A stretch of DNA of 64,000 nt from Spirochaetota bacterium (GCA_029907515.1 JARYLT010000002.1:14343-78342), one strand, 5' to 3'. Shown: positions 1 through 10,117, numbered from the stretch's first letter. Numbers and translations: made by a program. Notes: generated from the sequence alone by a model not told the origin.

Positions 1-19
1 TGGTGGCACTGAAATCACC

Positions 20-457
20 ATGGTTGTTGAAGTTAATGGTAAATCCTATGGATTCAAAGTTAAAGACGGTAAAGATATTGAAACATGTGGTGATATCGCC
101 AATGCCATGCTGAGATTAAAAATATCCGAAGCTGATTTAAAGAAAATGATTGAAACCAATAATCTCGATATGTTGTTAGGCATGCAAAAGGATCTGACAA
201 GAGCTCGATATAACGCTCTCTCTTCTTTGAAAGGTAGTTTCATTGCTAAATTAAAAAATGATGATGGTTCTGAATTTACCATTGAAGCAATACTTAACGG
301 TGCAACATCACCACAATCGATTTTCCGCATGACAACAAAAGATTCAGCTGCTTTAATGAAAAAGGAAACAAATCCTGTTAATCTTTTCATGTCAGGTGCA
401 ATGAAAATCGAAGGTGACATGAGTTTTGCAATGGCAACCCAACCCCTATTCACTTGA
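20..457 (+). CDS. SCP2 sterol-carrier/lipid-transfer domain protein; the frame is open from nt 2, so the gene may start upstream of the window
   Basis: 145 aa. Small soluble protein with an SCP2-like C-terminal pattern (...LKGSF...MSGAMKIEGDMSFAMATQ...). Followed by a terminator. Confidence 0.55.
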   Translation: MVVEVNGKSYGFKVKDGKDIETCGDIANAMLRLKISEADLKKMIETNNLDMLLGMQKDLTRARYNALSSLKGSFIAKLKNDDGSEFTIEAILNGATSPQSIFRMTTKDSAALMKKETNPVNLFMSGAMKIEGDMSFAMATQPLFT

Positions 458-470
458 TAGATATGCTTTA

Positions 471-509
471 CATCTCAACCACATTTTTATGTGGTTGAGA
501 TGTTTTTTT
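471..509 (+). terminator. Rho-independent terminator after the SCP2 gene
   Basis: Inverted repeat catctcaaccacat / atgtggttgagatg with a 4 nt loop, followed by TTTTTTT. Confidence 0.65.
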
Positions 510-531
510 ATCGATCACCTGGAGGTTAACA

Positions 532-2409
532 ATGGAAACTTTACCCTGGTACAAAGAATATAAAGTTTTAGGTATACCAAAAACATTTAAACCTTATCCT
601 GATAAACCAGTATATGATATTCTTGAAATAGCTGCGAAAAAATACAAAAAAAATGGCCTTTTACAAAAGGATTATTTTATATCATATCCGCAACTTCTAG
701 ACTATGTAAACAGATTAGCTTCACGTCTTCAGTCTTTTGGATTAATTAAAAATGATATTATTGCAACGATTTTACCAACTTCTACAGAATTTATAATTGC
801 TGATTACGCAATTTCAAAAGCAGGGCTCATCCATCTGCCATGTAGTTCACTTGAACCTGCTGAAGCCCTTGAACATAAATTTAAAGAAGGTAAACCTAAA
901 GCTATAATTTGTACCAGCAATGATATTAAAATAGTAACCAGCTTGATTAAAAAGACCAGTGTCAGAGCCATCATTATTGCTAACACACGTACCAGCACTT
1001 CTGTGCCAACTATCGATACAGATAAAATTAAAATATCAGGTTCAACAGTATATGAGTTATACTCATTAATCCAAAATTCTTCAGGAAATATTAATCCAGT
1101 TCCCATCAATGTTGAAACTGATATTGAAACATTGATATTTACTGGGGGGACCACAGGTATTCCAAAAGGCTGTATGCTCACACATAGAAACATATATGCT
1201 AACTGCATACAGAATCTCCATGCATTAGGAGCAGGAGGATTGACATTCAAAGGGGCAATATCTGTTATATTGGGATTACCTTTCTTCCATACCTATGGCC
1301 ATTGTCTCATGCATACAATGATGCTTTTTGGTTTTAATATCATCATTATCAACGATCCACGTGATACTAAATCAATGGTTGAAAACATCAAGAAGCACTA
1401 TCCCGTTATGCAGATAGGTGTACCAGCTCAATTCATGAAATTAGCTAAAGAAGATCTCAGTGGTATAGGCATTATTGGTCTTTCAGGATCAGCACCTTTA
1501 TCTGAATCAACACAGGAAGAATTTGAAAAACGTTCAAATAGCGGCATAATGGAAGGCTATGGACTTTCAGAGATGTCCCCGGTTACACATCTTAACCCTT
1601 CAGTAATATATCGTATTTTAGGTGGACGTTTTGGCGTCCGATTAGTCTCTCTCTTATCATCAATTCCTGGAAATAGTTACTTAACCAATCAGCTCTTTCG
1701 TTTGATAGGGACAAGGAACTTTGGCTGGATTTTTACTAAAATTATTGCATATCGTATGAAAAAAACCAGTCAAAAGCCTGGAAAGAAATCTGTGGAAAAA
1801 AGAAGAACAATTGGTGTTCCATTTCCTGACACTGAAGTACGTTTTCTTGATTTTGACTCTGGTAATATCCTGACAATTGATGATATGCTGGCTGGGAAAA
1901 GAGCAGAGATGCTTTTAAAGGGGCCACAGCGTATGTTAGGATACTGGCCAAAACCTGATAGTGGATGTGATGCTGAAGGTTTCATTCATACTGGTGACAT
2001 AGTACAGATAGACTCAAATGGTTATTTCTATATAGTTGATCGTTCCAAAGATATGATTAATGTCTCAGGTTTCAAAGTATATTCAAAAGAAATTGATGAT
2101 ATTGCTGGAGAACATCCACATATTGAAGCAGCTGCAACTGTTGGAATACCAAATCCTGAAAAAGAAGGCAGCGAAGTAGTTGTTCTTTTTGTTCAACTGT
2201 ACCCACAATACAAAAATAAAACAAAAGAACAGGACATATTAAAATACCTTCAATCAAAGGTTGCAAAATATGCAGTACCCAAGTTCATAAAAATTGTTGA
2301 TGAACTTCCCCGAACAGCAGTTGAAAAAGTTGATAAGAAAATATTACGTCAAATGGCTATTGACCAGTTTCTACAATCAAAAAAGAAAGTGAAAATCAAA
2401 ACAAAATAA
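532..2409 (+). CDS. AMP-dependent acyl-CoA synthetase/ligase with a ~60 aa internal insertion
   Basis: 625 aa. AMP-binding P-loop TGGTTGIPKGCMLTHRN and a YGLSE motif. A SD-like ggagg lies 8 nt upstream. A long basic insertion (RFGVRLVSLL...KKTSQKPGKKSVEKRR) sits between the YGLSE and IGVPFPDTEV segments. Confidence 0.8.
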   Translation: METLPWYKEYKVLGIPKTFKPYPDKPVYDILEIAAKKYKKNGLLQKDYFISYPQLLDYVNRLASRLQSFGLIKNDIIATILPTSTEFIIADYAISKAGLIHLPCSSLEPAEALEHKFKEGKPKAIICTSNDIKIVTSLIKKTSVRAIIIANTRTSTSVPTIDTDKIKISGSTVYELYSLIQNSSGNINPVPINVETDIETLIFTGGTTGIPKGCMLTHRNIYANCIQNLHALGAGGLTFKGAISVILGLPFFHTYGHCLMHTMMLFGFNIIIINDPRDTKSMVENIKKHYPVMQIGVPAQFMKLAKEDLSGIGIIGLSGSAPLSESTQEEFEKRSNSGIMEGYGLSEMSPVTHLNPSVIYRILGGRFGVRLVSLLSSIPGNSYLTNQLFRLIGTRNFGWIFTKIIAYRMKKTSQKPGKKSVEKRRTIGVPFPDTEVRFLDFDSGNILTIDDMLAGKRAEMLLKGPQRMLGYWPKPDSGCDAEGFIHTGDIVQIDSNGYFYIVDRSKDMINVSGFKVYSKEIDDIAGEHPHIEAAATVGIPNPEKEGSEVVVLFVQLYPQYKNKTKEQDILKYLQSKVAKYAVPKFIKIVDELPRTAVEKVDKKILRQMAIDQFLQSKKKVKIKTK

Positions 2410-2434
2410 TAATTAGAGAACAAGAGAGGTACCA

Positions 2435-3613
2435 ATGAGAGAATGTGTATTCATTGATGGTGTGAGAACACCAAACGGCAGGGCTCATCGTGAAAAAGGC
2501 TGGTTCAGACATTTAAGGCCTGATGAGCTTTTAACACCAGTGTATAATGCTCTATTTGAGCGAAACAGCAAAGTGGTTCCAGATATGGTTGATGCTGTTT
2601 TTGTTGGTTGCGCTAATCCATCAGGCATGCAAAACGATATTGGCAGGTTAGCATGGTTAGCATCTGGATTACCAGATTCAGTTCCCACCAATACTTTGAC
2701 CAATCAGTGCCCATCAGGCATGTCCGCCACAATGCATGCTGCACGAGCAATTTTGACTGGCGAAGCAGATATTATCATTGCTGCTGGTGTAGAAGATATG
2801 GAAAAAGTACCAATGGGTGCCAATATGGATTTCCCTCCACGATTGTTAAAATATTATAATGGGGCTGATCTTTTAATGGGTGCAACAGCTGAAAAGGTTG
2901 CTGAACAATATAATATTTCCCGAGAAGATATGGAAAACATGGCTGTATGGTCAAATAAGAAGGCTTGGGAAGCAACAATAGCTGGAAAATTTAAAAAGGA
3001 GATAGTTCCTATAAAAGGGTTGGATGATAATGGTAATGAATTTTTAGTAGATAGAGACCAGTGGGTGCGTGATAAAGTTGACGTTGAAAAAATGAAAACG
3101 ATGATGTCACCATTCAAGCCCAATGGTGTTGTCACGGCAGCAACATCATCACCACTAACACAGGGTGCCTGTGCATTGCTTCTCATGAGCCGTGAAAAAG
3201 CAGATAAACTGGGACTGCCTTACCGGTATAAATATTCCTATGGTGTATTAGCAGGATGCGATCCTACTGTAATGGGAATTGGACCAATTCCTGCTATAAA
3301 GAAACTCGTTTCACGGACCGGTTTAAATTTAGATGAAGTAGGAGCAATTGAACTGAATGAAGCTTTTGCAAGTCAGTCATTAGCATGTATACGAGAACTA
3401 AAACTTGATAATGATAATGCTCCATTTAAGCGTGTGAACGTCTGGGGTGGTGCTATTGCTTTAGGACATCCCCTGGGTGAATCTGGCGCACGAATAATTA
3501 TAACTCTCTTGAATGTACTGGCAACTGAATTTCCTGATGCAAAATATGGATTGGCTTCCCTATGCGGTGCTTTTGGCAATGCAGGAGCATTACTGGTTGA
3601 AAAAGTTAATTAA
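2435..3613 (+). CDS. Thiolase family protein (acetyl-CoA C-acyltransferase / SCPx-like)
   Basis: 392 aa. N-terminal nucleophile region NQCPSGMSA. C-terminal NVWGGAIALGHPLGESGARII ... LCGAFGNAGA, typical of thiolases. Confidence 0.8.
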   Translation: MRECVFIDGVRTPNGRAHREKGWFRHLRPDELLTPVYNALFERNSKVVPDMVDAVFVGCANPSGMQNDIGRLAWLASGLPDSVPTNTLTNQCPSGMSATMHAARAILTGEADIIIAAGVEDMEKVPMGANMDFPPRLLKYYNGADLLMGATAEKVAEQYNISREDMENMAVWSNKKAWEATIAGKFKKEIVPIKGLDDNGNEFLVDRDQWVRDKVDVEKMKTMMSPFKPNGVVTAATSSPLTQGACALLLMSREKADKLGLPYRYKYSYGVLAGCDPTVMGIGPIPAIKKLVSRTGLNLDEVGAIELNEAFASQSLACIRELKLDNDNAPFKRVNVWGGAIALGHPLGESGARIIITLLNVLATEFPDAKYGLASLCGAFGNAGALLVEKVN

Positions 3614-3641
3614 TATTATTATTTTCTGCTGAATGTACATT

Positions 3642-3662
3642 CCCGCCGCCTTCAGCGGCGGG
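3642..3662. terminator. GC-rich stem-loop downstream of the thiolase gene; no U-tract, so a possible rho-dependent or structural element
   Basis: cccgccgc-cttcag-cggcggg, a perfect 8 bp GC stem in an AT-rich region. Confidence 0.3.
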
Positions 3663-3755
3663 AAATAAATATTAATTCTAACTGATAATTCATTAACGAA
3701 TAAATAGTAATTACAAATAAATTTTAAAAATATTAATTTTCAAAGGAGGTTTGTC

Positions 3756-4397
3756 ATGAAAAGACTTTTAATTATCTCTTTAACAATTATTTTTGCAAGC
3801 ATTTCAATCCTTGTTTTTTCACAACAATCAAATTGGAAATTAGTACATGAAAGTAAAGAAGATCAAGCTTCATTGCAAATTTTTACACGTGATATCCCCG
3901 GATCACCTTATAAAGAATTCAAAGGAGTAAGTTTTTCTGATATTCCTTTTGATATTGCTCTGAAAGTTATTCAGGACTACAATAATTATCACAAATGGTA
4001 TGGCATGTGTAATGCATTATATCCAATAAATGTACGCAATCCAAAAGATCTTGATATGTATTTTATCCTTGACCTTCCTGTTGTAACTGATCGTGATGTT
4101 GTTGTTAAAGTTGAATGCGGCTGGGATGAGAAAAAAGGAACTGCCTGGGTAAATATGACATCAATAAATGATAGTCCCTATAAAAATGATAGTGGTTTAG
4201 TACGAATGACATCTTTAAAAGGAAGATGGGATATTATAAAAAAAGATGAAAATCATGTAGAGGTAATCTACCAGGTACATGCTGAATTAGGCGGATCACT
4301 ACCTGCCTGGGTTGTCAATATTGCAGCAAAAGATCAACCTTTAAAGACTTTAAAAGGTGTTTATAAATACTGTAAAAAAATAAGAGATAATAAATAA
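3756..4397 (+). CDS. Secreted START/SRPBCC (Bet v1-like) lipid-binding domain protein
   Basis: 213 aa with an N-terminal signal peptide. START-like architecture. RBS aaaggagg precedes the start. Confidence 0.45.
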   Translation: MKRLLIISLTIIFASISILVFSQQSNWKLVHESKEDQASLQIFTRDIPGSPYKEFKGVSFSDIPFDIALKVIQDYNNYHKWYGMCNALYPINVRNPKDLDMYFILDLPVVTDRDVVVKVECGWDEKKGTAWVNMTSINDSPYKNDSGLVRMTSLKGRWDIIKKDENHVEVIYQVHAELGGSLPAWVVNIAAKDQPLKTLKGVYKYCKKIRDNK

Positions 4398-4430
4398 TAA
4401 TTAATATTAATAATATTAATTATTGCTAAT

Positions 4431-4463
4431 AAGAGGCATTATGATATATGCCTCTTTTTTTAT
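4431..4463 (+). terminator. Rho-independent terminator
   Basis: aagaggcat / atgcctctt inverted repeat followed by a T-run. Confidence 0.6.
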
Positions 4464-4550
4464 TATGAATTATCTTGACACTGAATACAATGTAATTTTT
4501 TTAATGTACCAATACTTATTTCAACTTTTTACAACCAGACAGGGTAACCC

Positions 4551-4940
4551 ATGTTAATGGTTTTTATACTGATAGTAGGTATTTATGTAATCACCATTGG
4601 GCTGTTAGAACTTGTAATGCCTGCCCGAATGTTACAATTATGGATTAAAATTTCCTCAAGCAGGTTGTATTTTCTTTATGGAATTGTTTTAATAGTAGCT
4701 GGATTTCCATTAACTCAGGTACCATCATCTAACCCTTTATCTACTCCACTATTCATTATTGGTTTAATAGTGGTCTTTTCTGGACCATTCATTCTGATTT
4801 ATCCTGAAAAAATAAAAAATGTATTTTTTCAGGGACTTGATGAACTGGGGCAAACAGGAAGTCGATTTGCACTGATTATTGATGCAATAGCTCGAATAGC
4901 CACTGGAATAGTATGTATAGCAGCGTATTTACTCAGTTAA
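4551..4940 (+). CDS. Hypothetical small membrane protein
   Basis: 129 aa with 3-4 predicted hydrophobic helices. No recognisable motif. Confidence 0.35.
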   Translation: MLMVFILIVGIYVITIGLLELVMPARMLQLWIKISSSRLYFLYGIVLIVAGFPLTQVPSSNPLSTPLFIIGLIVVFSGPFILIYPEKIKNVFFQGLDELGQTGSRFALIIDAIARIATGIVCIAAYLLS

Positions 4941-4946
4941 GATAAT

Positions 4947-7412
4947 CTAAATGACAATATTAACTAACTTTCCAGGCACAACAATCACCTTTCTTACTGT
5001 TTTCCCCGCTATCATTTCTTTAATTCTGTCATCTTCAAGTGCCACCTTTTCCATTTCCTCTTTTGTAATATCAGCAGGGACATTTCGTTTTGACCTTATT
5101 TTCCCATTTATCTGGAAAACAACTTCTATCTCATCCTTTGCGGTAAGCTCTTCCTTGAAATCAGGCCATGGCTCATCCAGAATAAAATTCTTATGTCCCA
5201 GTACCTCCCACAATTCTTCGGCAAGGTGTGGAACAAATGGTCCAAGCATTGGTAATAGTTTATCGAATAACTCGGATACTACCATTTTCCCAGCATCAGT
5301 TCGTATTATCTCTTCATTTATCTGATACAATGCATTTACCAATTCCATCATACGGGCAATTGCCGTATTAAACTGCATTCTGTTTTCAATATCATGTGTC
5401 ACTGCCTTTACTGTTCTATGGATTTCCCCACGGAGATTTTTTAAAACAGGATCTAACACAACAGTATCAAAATTATATTCAGTATAACAGTCACTATATT
5501 TTTGAACAATTCGCCAAACACGGTTTACAAATCTATAGCAACCTTCAACCCCTTTATCAGACCAGTCCAGATCCTTTTCAGGAGGAGCAGCAAAAAGCAT
5601 GAAAAGTCGTACGGTATCAGCACCGTATTTGTCTATTATATCATCAGGATCCACAATATTGCCTTTGGATTTGCTCATCTTTGCGCCATCTTTTATTACC
5701 ATTCCCTGAGTTAGCAAACGGGTAAAAGGCTCTCGGTATTTCAAAATCCCCAGATCATTCAGGACCATGGTAAAAAAGCGTGCGTACAGCAAATGCATAC
5801 AGGCATGTTCTATTCCACCAATATACTGGTCAACTGGAGTCCAGTAATTGACCTCATCAAAATCAAAGATTTCCTTTGAACGAGGAGAAGTAAACTTTGC
5901 AAAATACCACGAAGAGTCAACAAAAGTATCCATGGTATCTGTTTCACGCTTTGCTTTCCCCCCACAGTGTGGACATTTGGTTTCATAAAATTCAGGCATC
6001 ATGGTAAGTGGTGAACGAGAATCTCCATGAAAATCAACATCCGTTGGCAATACTACCGGTAAGTTATCATATGGTACAGGTTGAGCACCACAGGTTTCAC
6101 AATACACAATTGGTATTGGGCAGCCCCAGTACCGTTGCCGAGATATTAACCAGTCCTTTAGGCGATAATTTACTTTTTTATAACCAATACCTTCTTTTTC
6201 AGCATAGTCTGATATTGCTTCAATGGCCTTTTTATTAGTCATACCTGTAAAGGGACCGGAATTAACACATATACCATCCTCAACATACGCATCTTTCATT
6301 GATGCAACATCAATAGGCGATGAAGGATTATCAATAACAAGCTTTATAGGAATGCCATATTTTTTAGCAAAAGCAAAGTCACGAGTATCATGTGCCGGGA
6401 CAGCCATAATAGCACCTGTACCATATTCCATGAGAACAAAATTACCAACATATAGAGGCACAATATCACCGTTAAACGGATTGATAATTTTTATTCCGGT
6501 ATCTATACCTTCTTTTTCCTTTTCTTCAGAAAGTCTGTCTACCAGAGACTGCTCTTTAATTCTTTTAATAAATTCCTTTACTTTTGAGTCTTTTACTCGC
6601 TCCAGAAATGGATGTTCAGGAGCTATTACCATAAAAGTCACACCGTAAATAGTATCTGGACGCGTGGTAAAAATTGGGAAGTCTTCACCGGTATCAGCAA
6701 CCTTAAAATTTACAACCAGTCCTGTTGATCTGCCTATCCAGTTTTTTTGCATCACAATAACACGCTCGGGCCACCCTTCTTTCAGAATATCATGCCCTGA
6801 TAACAGATCCTCAGCATAATCGGTTATTTTAAAAAACCATTGCTCAAGTTCACGCTGGGTTACCTGCGTTTCACATCGCCAGCATAGGCCATTTTCAACC
6901 TGTTCATTGGCAAGCACTGTATTACATGTTGGGCACCAGTTAACCGGTGCTTTGCGCTTATAGGCCAATCCTTTTTCATACATCTTGATAAAAACATACT
7001 GATTCCATTTATAATACTCAGGCGTATGGGTTGCTATCTCCCTTTCCCAATCATAAGAGTACCCCAACATCTTAAATTGCTTTTTCATATACGCAATATT
7101 GTCATCCGTCCATTTTTTAGGAGGAATATTGTGCTTGATAGCAGCATTTTCTGCTGGTAAGCCAAATGCATCCCATCCCATGGGATGGAATACATTAAAG
7201 CCCTGCATTCGTTTATAACGAGCTACAACATCTCCAATTGAATAATTGCGCACATGGCCCATGTGTATTCTGCCAGATGGATACGGAAACATTTCTAATA
7301 TGTAATACTTTTGCCTGTTTTTATCACGTTTTGATAAAAAAACCTTTTCTTGATTCCATCGGTCCTGCCACTTTTTTTCAATTTGCTTGGGTTTATATTC
7401 CTTCTCCTGCAT
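4947..7412 (-). CDS. leuS: Leucine--tRNA ligase
   Basis: 821 aa. HMGH-type motif (PYPSGRIHMGHVRNY), KMSKS motif, CP1 editing domain. Confidence 0.95.
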   Translation of the reverse strand: MQEKEYKPKQIEKKWQDRWNQEKVFLSKRDKNRQKYYILEMFPYPSGRIHMGHVRNYSIGDVVARYKRMQGFNVFHPMGWDAFGLPAENAAIKHNIPPKKWTDDNIAYMKKQFKMLGYSYDWEREIATHTPEYYKWNQYVFIKMYEKGLAYKRKAPVNWCPTCNTVLANEQVENGLCWRCETQVTQRELEQWFFKITDYAEDLLSGHDILKEGWPERVIVMQKNWIGRSTGLVVNFKVADTGEDFPIFTTRPDTIYGVTFMVIAPEHPFLERVKDSKVKEFIKRIKEQSLVDRLSEEKEKEGIDTGIKIINPFNGDIVPLYVGNFVLMEYGTGAIMAVPAHDTRDFAFAKKYGIPIKLVIDNPSSPIDVASMKDAYVEDGICVNSGPFTGMTNKKAIEAISDYAEKEGIGYKKVNYRLKDWLISRQRYWGCPIPIVYCETCGAQPVPYDNLPVVLPTDVDFHGDSRSPLTMMPEFYETKCPHCGGKAKRETDTMDTFVDSSWYFAKFTSPRSKEIFDFDEVNYWTPVDQYIGGIEHACMHLLYARFFTMVLNDLGILKYREPFTRLLTQGMVIKDGAKMSKSKGNIVDPDDIIDKYGADTVRLFMLFAAPPEKDLDWSDKGVEGCYRFVNRVWRIVQKYSDCYTEYNFDTVVLDPVLKNLRGEIHRTVKAVTHDIENRMQFNTAIARMMELVNALYQINEEIIRTDAGKMVVSELFDKLLPMLGPFVPHLAEELWEVLGHKNFILDEPWPDFKEELTAKDEIEVVFQINGKIRSKRNVPADITKEEMEKVALEDDRIKEMIAGKTVRKVIVVPGKLVNIVI

Positions 7413-7560
7413 ACATCATCCTCCAATAATACATTTTACAACAGTTGCACCCAATACATCAATAGTATCTATCAATACTTATTAATTCAATTCATATGCA
7501 CATTATTCACGCTGGTTTTATCGTCAAGTATTTTGTTACCAGGTAACTATCGCACATATA

Positions 7561-9327
7561 TTATAAACCAAAATGTCCATATTGCTTTTCTTCAATCTGC
7601 ACTATAATTTTATTGTACATACTGATTATATCCCGATACAGGACAATAGCTGTAACTTTATTTCCTTTTGCTACAGGTAAAAAATCGATTCCATATTCAT
7701 CCATTCTTCTTAGCGCCTCTGCTGCTGAATTACTTTCGCTACAGGGATTAACATGTAACACTATATCCTGACAGATGAGTAATTCAACCACATCACTGGA
7801 AAGAAGTGCCTGCCTGACTTCATTTAATGACAATATACCTGTATAGCCACCATTATCATCAACTACAATAAGACCTGTTTCCGCTTCAATCAGTTTATCC
7901 ATTGCAAATTTGAGTGGTGCTTTTGCATTAATTGTCTGAAAATCCTTTCGAGCTATTGAATGGACAGTCACTGATTCAAGAACATTAATGCGGCTTTTAC
8001 GAACATCAATACCTTCTTCCAGCAACTCTAATTCATAGATAGTGCCTTTATTATAGTAAGTAACAGTCAGGTGTGCTATAACCGAAGCAAGCATAACAGG
8101 AAGAATGATTCTATAATCATTGGTCAATTCAAATACCATCAATATGGCAGTAATTGGTATTGAGTTTAAACCAGCAAGCATACCACCCATACCTATGAGT
8201 GCATACGCAACAGGATCAAGTGTTGCCCCAAAAAAAGAAAGCATTGATGCAAACAAATAACCAACCAGTATTCCAATACATAACGATGGAGCAAATAAAC
8301 CGCCATAGGCTCCTGTTTGAAAATACAGAGCTATAAATATAATTTTTAACACAAATAATATCACCAGAATATTTACCGAAAATTCTTTTGCCAGGACTTT
8401 ATTGATTAATTCATACCCTATGCCATAAATGTCTGTATAAAACATAACCGCAACAGCAAATAGCAGCGATAGTGGTAACAATATGGCTATTGTGTCATCC
8501 TTTCTTATTTTTTTATAAAATTTTTTTATTATGTGCGATAGTTCCATAAACAAAAGCGCAACAACACCACATACTATTGCCAGTAAAATAAAATACAGGA
8601 CTTCGTGAGTATTAACCTGAAATTTGGGGATCTGTAACAATGCAACATTTCCTAGATATGCTTTTGAAACCATATCTGCAGATACCGATGCTATAACCAG
8701 AGCACTCAATGACTCATTTTTTAAATCATTGAGTAATATTACTTCTATCCCAAAAAACACCCCCGCAATAGGGGCATTGAATATAGCAGAAATTGCAGCA
8801 CCCGCTCCTGCAACGGTATATGTAGTCATTTTACGGATATTCAAACGAAAAAGCGATGAAATATATGAACCAAGTCCACCACCTATTTTAGCAGAAGGAC
8901 CTTCAGGCCCCAGCGGTGCACCAGTACCCAATGTCACGGCAGAAGCTAATAGATGAAACAACGTTGTAAAAAGTGGTATTGGGATTTTTTGCAACAGGAC
9001 AGATTTAATAACACTGGTAACACCTCGTTCAGACGCCTGCTGCGGAAATAATCGTGTTAAGCCTATAATCATCAGCGCCCCGATAACAGGAACTATCGCC
9101 ATAACAAATGATGGAATTTCAAGGTAGCGCGAAAAACGTGATGGGTTTATTGCAAAACGCATCCACTCAATAAGGGTATGAAACACCATGGCACCCAGGC
9201 CGGCAGTAGCACCAATTAAAAGCGAAATGCCAATCTGTAATATATATTCTTTCAGATCATATCTGGTTGTGAAAAATTTTTTTATACTATCATAACAGTG
9301 CTGAAGAATATAGAGTGTTTTATCCAT
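7561..9327 (-). CDS. ClC family voltage-gated chloride channel / H+-Cl- antiporter with C-terminal CBS pair
   Basis: 588 aa. Motifs GAPLGPEGPSAKIGGGLGS and GVFFGIEVIL, plus GxFAPSL. C-terminal CBS-like domains. Confidence 0.85.
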   Translation of the reverse strand: MDKTLYILQHCYDSIKKFFTTRYDLKEYILQIGISLLIGATAGLGAMVFHTLIEWMRFAINPSRFSRYLEIPSFVMAIVPVIGALMIIGLTRLFPQQASERGVTSVIKSVLLQKIPIPLFTTLFHLLASAVTLGTGAPLGPEGPSAKIGGGLGSYISSLFRLNIRKMTTYTVAGAGAAISAIFNAPIAGVFFGIEVILLNDLKNESLSALVIASVSADMVSKAYLGNVALLQIPKFQVNTHEVLYFILLAIVCGVVALLFMELSHIIKKFYKKIRKDDTIAILLPLSLLFAVAVMFYTDIYGIGYELINKVLAKEFSVNILVILFVLKIIFIALYFQTGAYGGLFAPSLCIGILVGYLFASMLSFFGATLDPVAYALIGMGGMLAGLNSIPITAILMVFELTNDYRIILPVMLASVIAHLTVTYYNKGTIYELELLEEGIDVRKSRINVLESVTVHSIARKDFQTINAKAPLKFAMDKLIEAETGLIVVDDNGGYTGILSLNEVRQALLSSDVVELLICQDIVLHVNPCSESNSAAEALRRMDEYGIDFLPVAKGNKVTAIVLYRDIISMYNKIIVQIEEKQYGHFGL

Positions 9328-9338
9328 GTGGCAAAAAA

Positions 9339-9791
9339 TTACTTGGCATTACGAAGTATTTCAATAATATCTTTAGTGCTCTTTGCCTGAATCATTTCAT
9401 TACGTATTATATCGTTTTTGAGGACAGACATTATTTTTGACAATAACTTCAAATATTCTTTATGCTGACGTTCACCCGCCGCTACCAGTACCACCAGATG
9501 TACTGGCTTTCCGTCAATAGAATTAAAATCTATGCCTTTTTTAGAAATCCCTATTGCAAATGCAATTTTATGAACTGATTCCAGTTTAGCATGTGGAACA
9601 GCAATACCAAAACCAATGCCGGTTGTCATAATTTCTTCACGTTCCTTCAAAGCATTAATGAATGCTTTGATATCGGAGCACACATCGGTACCTTTAAACA
9701 CATCCGCTAGCTCTTCTATTGCTTTATATTTGTTCTTTGACTTTAAAAACTTAATAAATTTGGTATCAGTAAACTCCAGTAATGAACTCAC
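9339..9791 (-). CDS. PTS EIIA type-2 domain protein (PtsN / EIIA-Ntr-like regulatory protein)
   Basis: 150 aa. Phosphorylation-site context GIAVPHAK and a typical EIIA-2 fold pattern. Standalone gene immediately upstream of the ClC gene. Confidence 0.7.
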   Translation of the reverse strand: MSSLLEFTDTKFIKFLKSKNKYKAIEELADVFKGTDVCSDIKAFINALKEREEIMTTGIGFGIAVPHAKLESVHKIAFAIGISKKGIDFNSIDGKPVHLVVLVAAGERQHKEYLKLLSKIMSVLKNDIIRNEMIQAKSTKDIIEILRNAK

Positions 9792-10117
9792 AACTATCTC
9801 CTGATTGTATATTGTTAAGTACTCACTTCATGATATCAAAAAGTAATAGTATCATATATACTTGATTATCGAACACATGACCCATCATGATAATCTATTT
9901 TCAATGCTACCTGGTACAGTATACTTTTATTTTTACAGAATTTTAGATATATTTTAAAATATTCCATGTCAATGATTTAATTAAAAATTAATTTCTCAAC
10001 TAAAATTTGTAAACAAAATAACAAACCTTGTACATTACTGTTACCTGAGTCAGTTGAGGCTTGCAAATATACATGAGCAAATTTTTTAATAAAGAGCAAT
10101 TATCCAAAAATTTTTTA

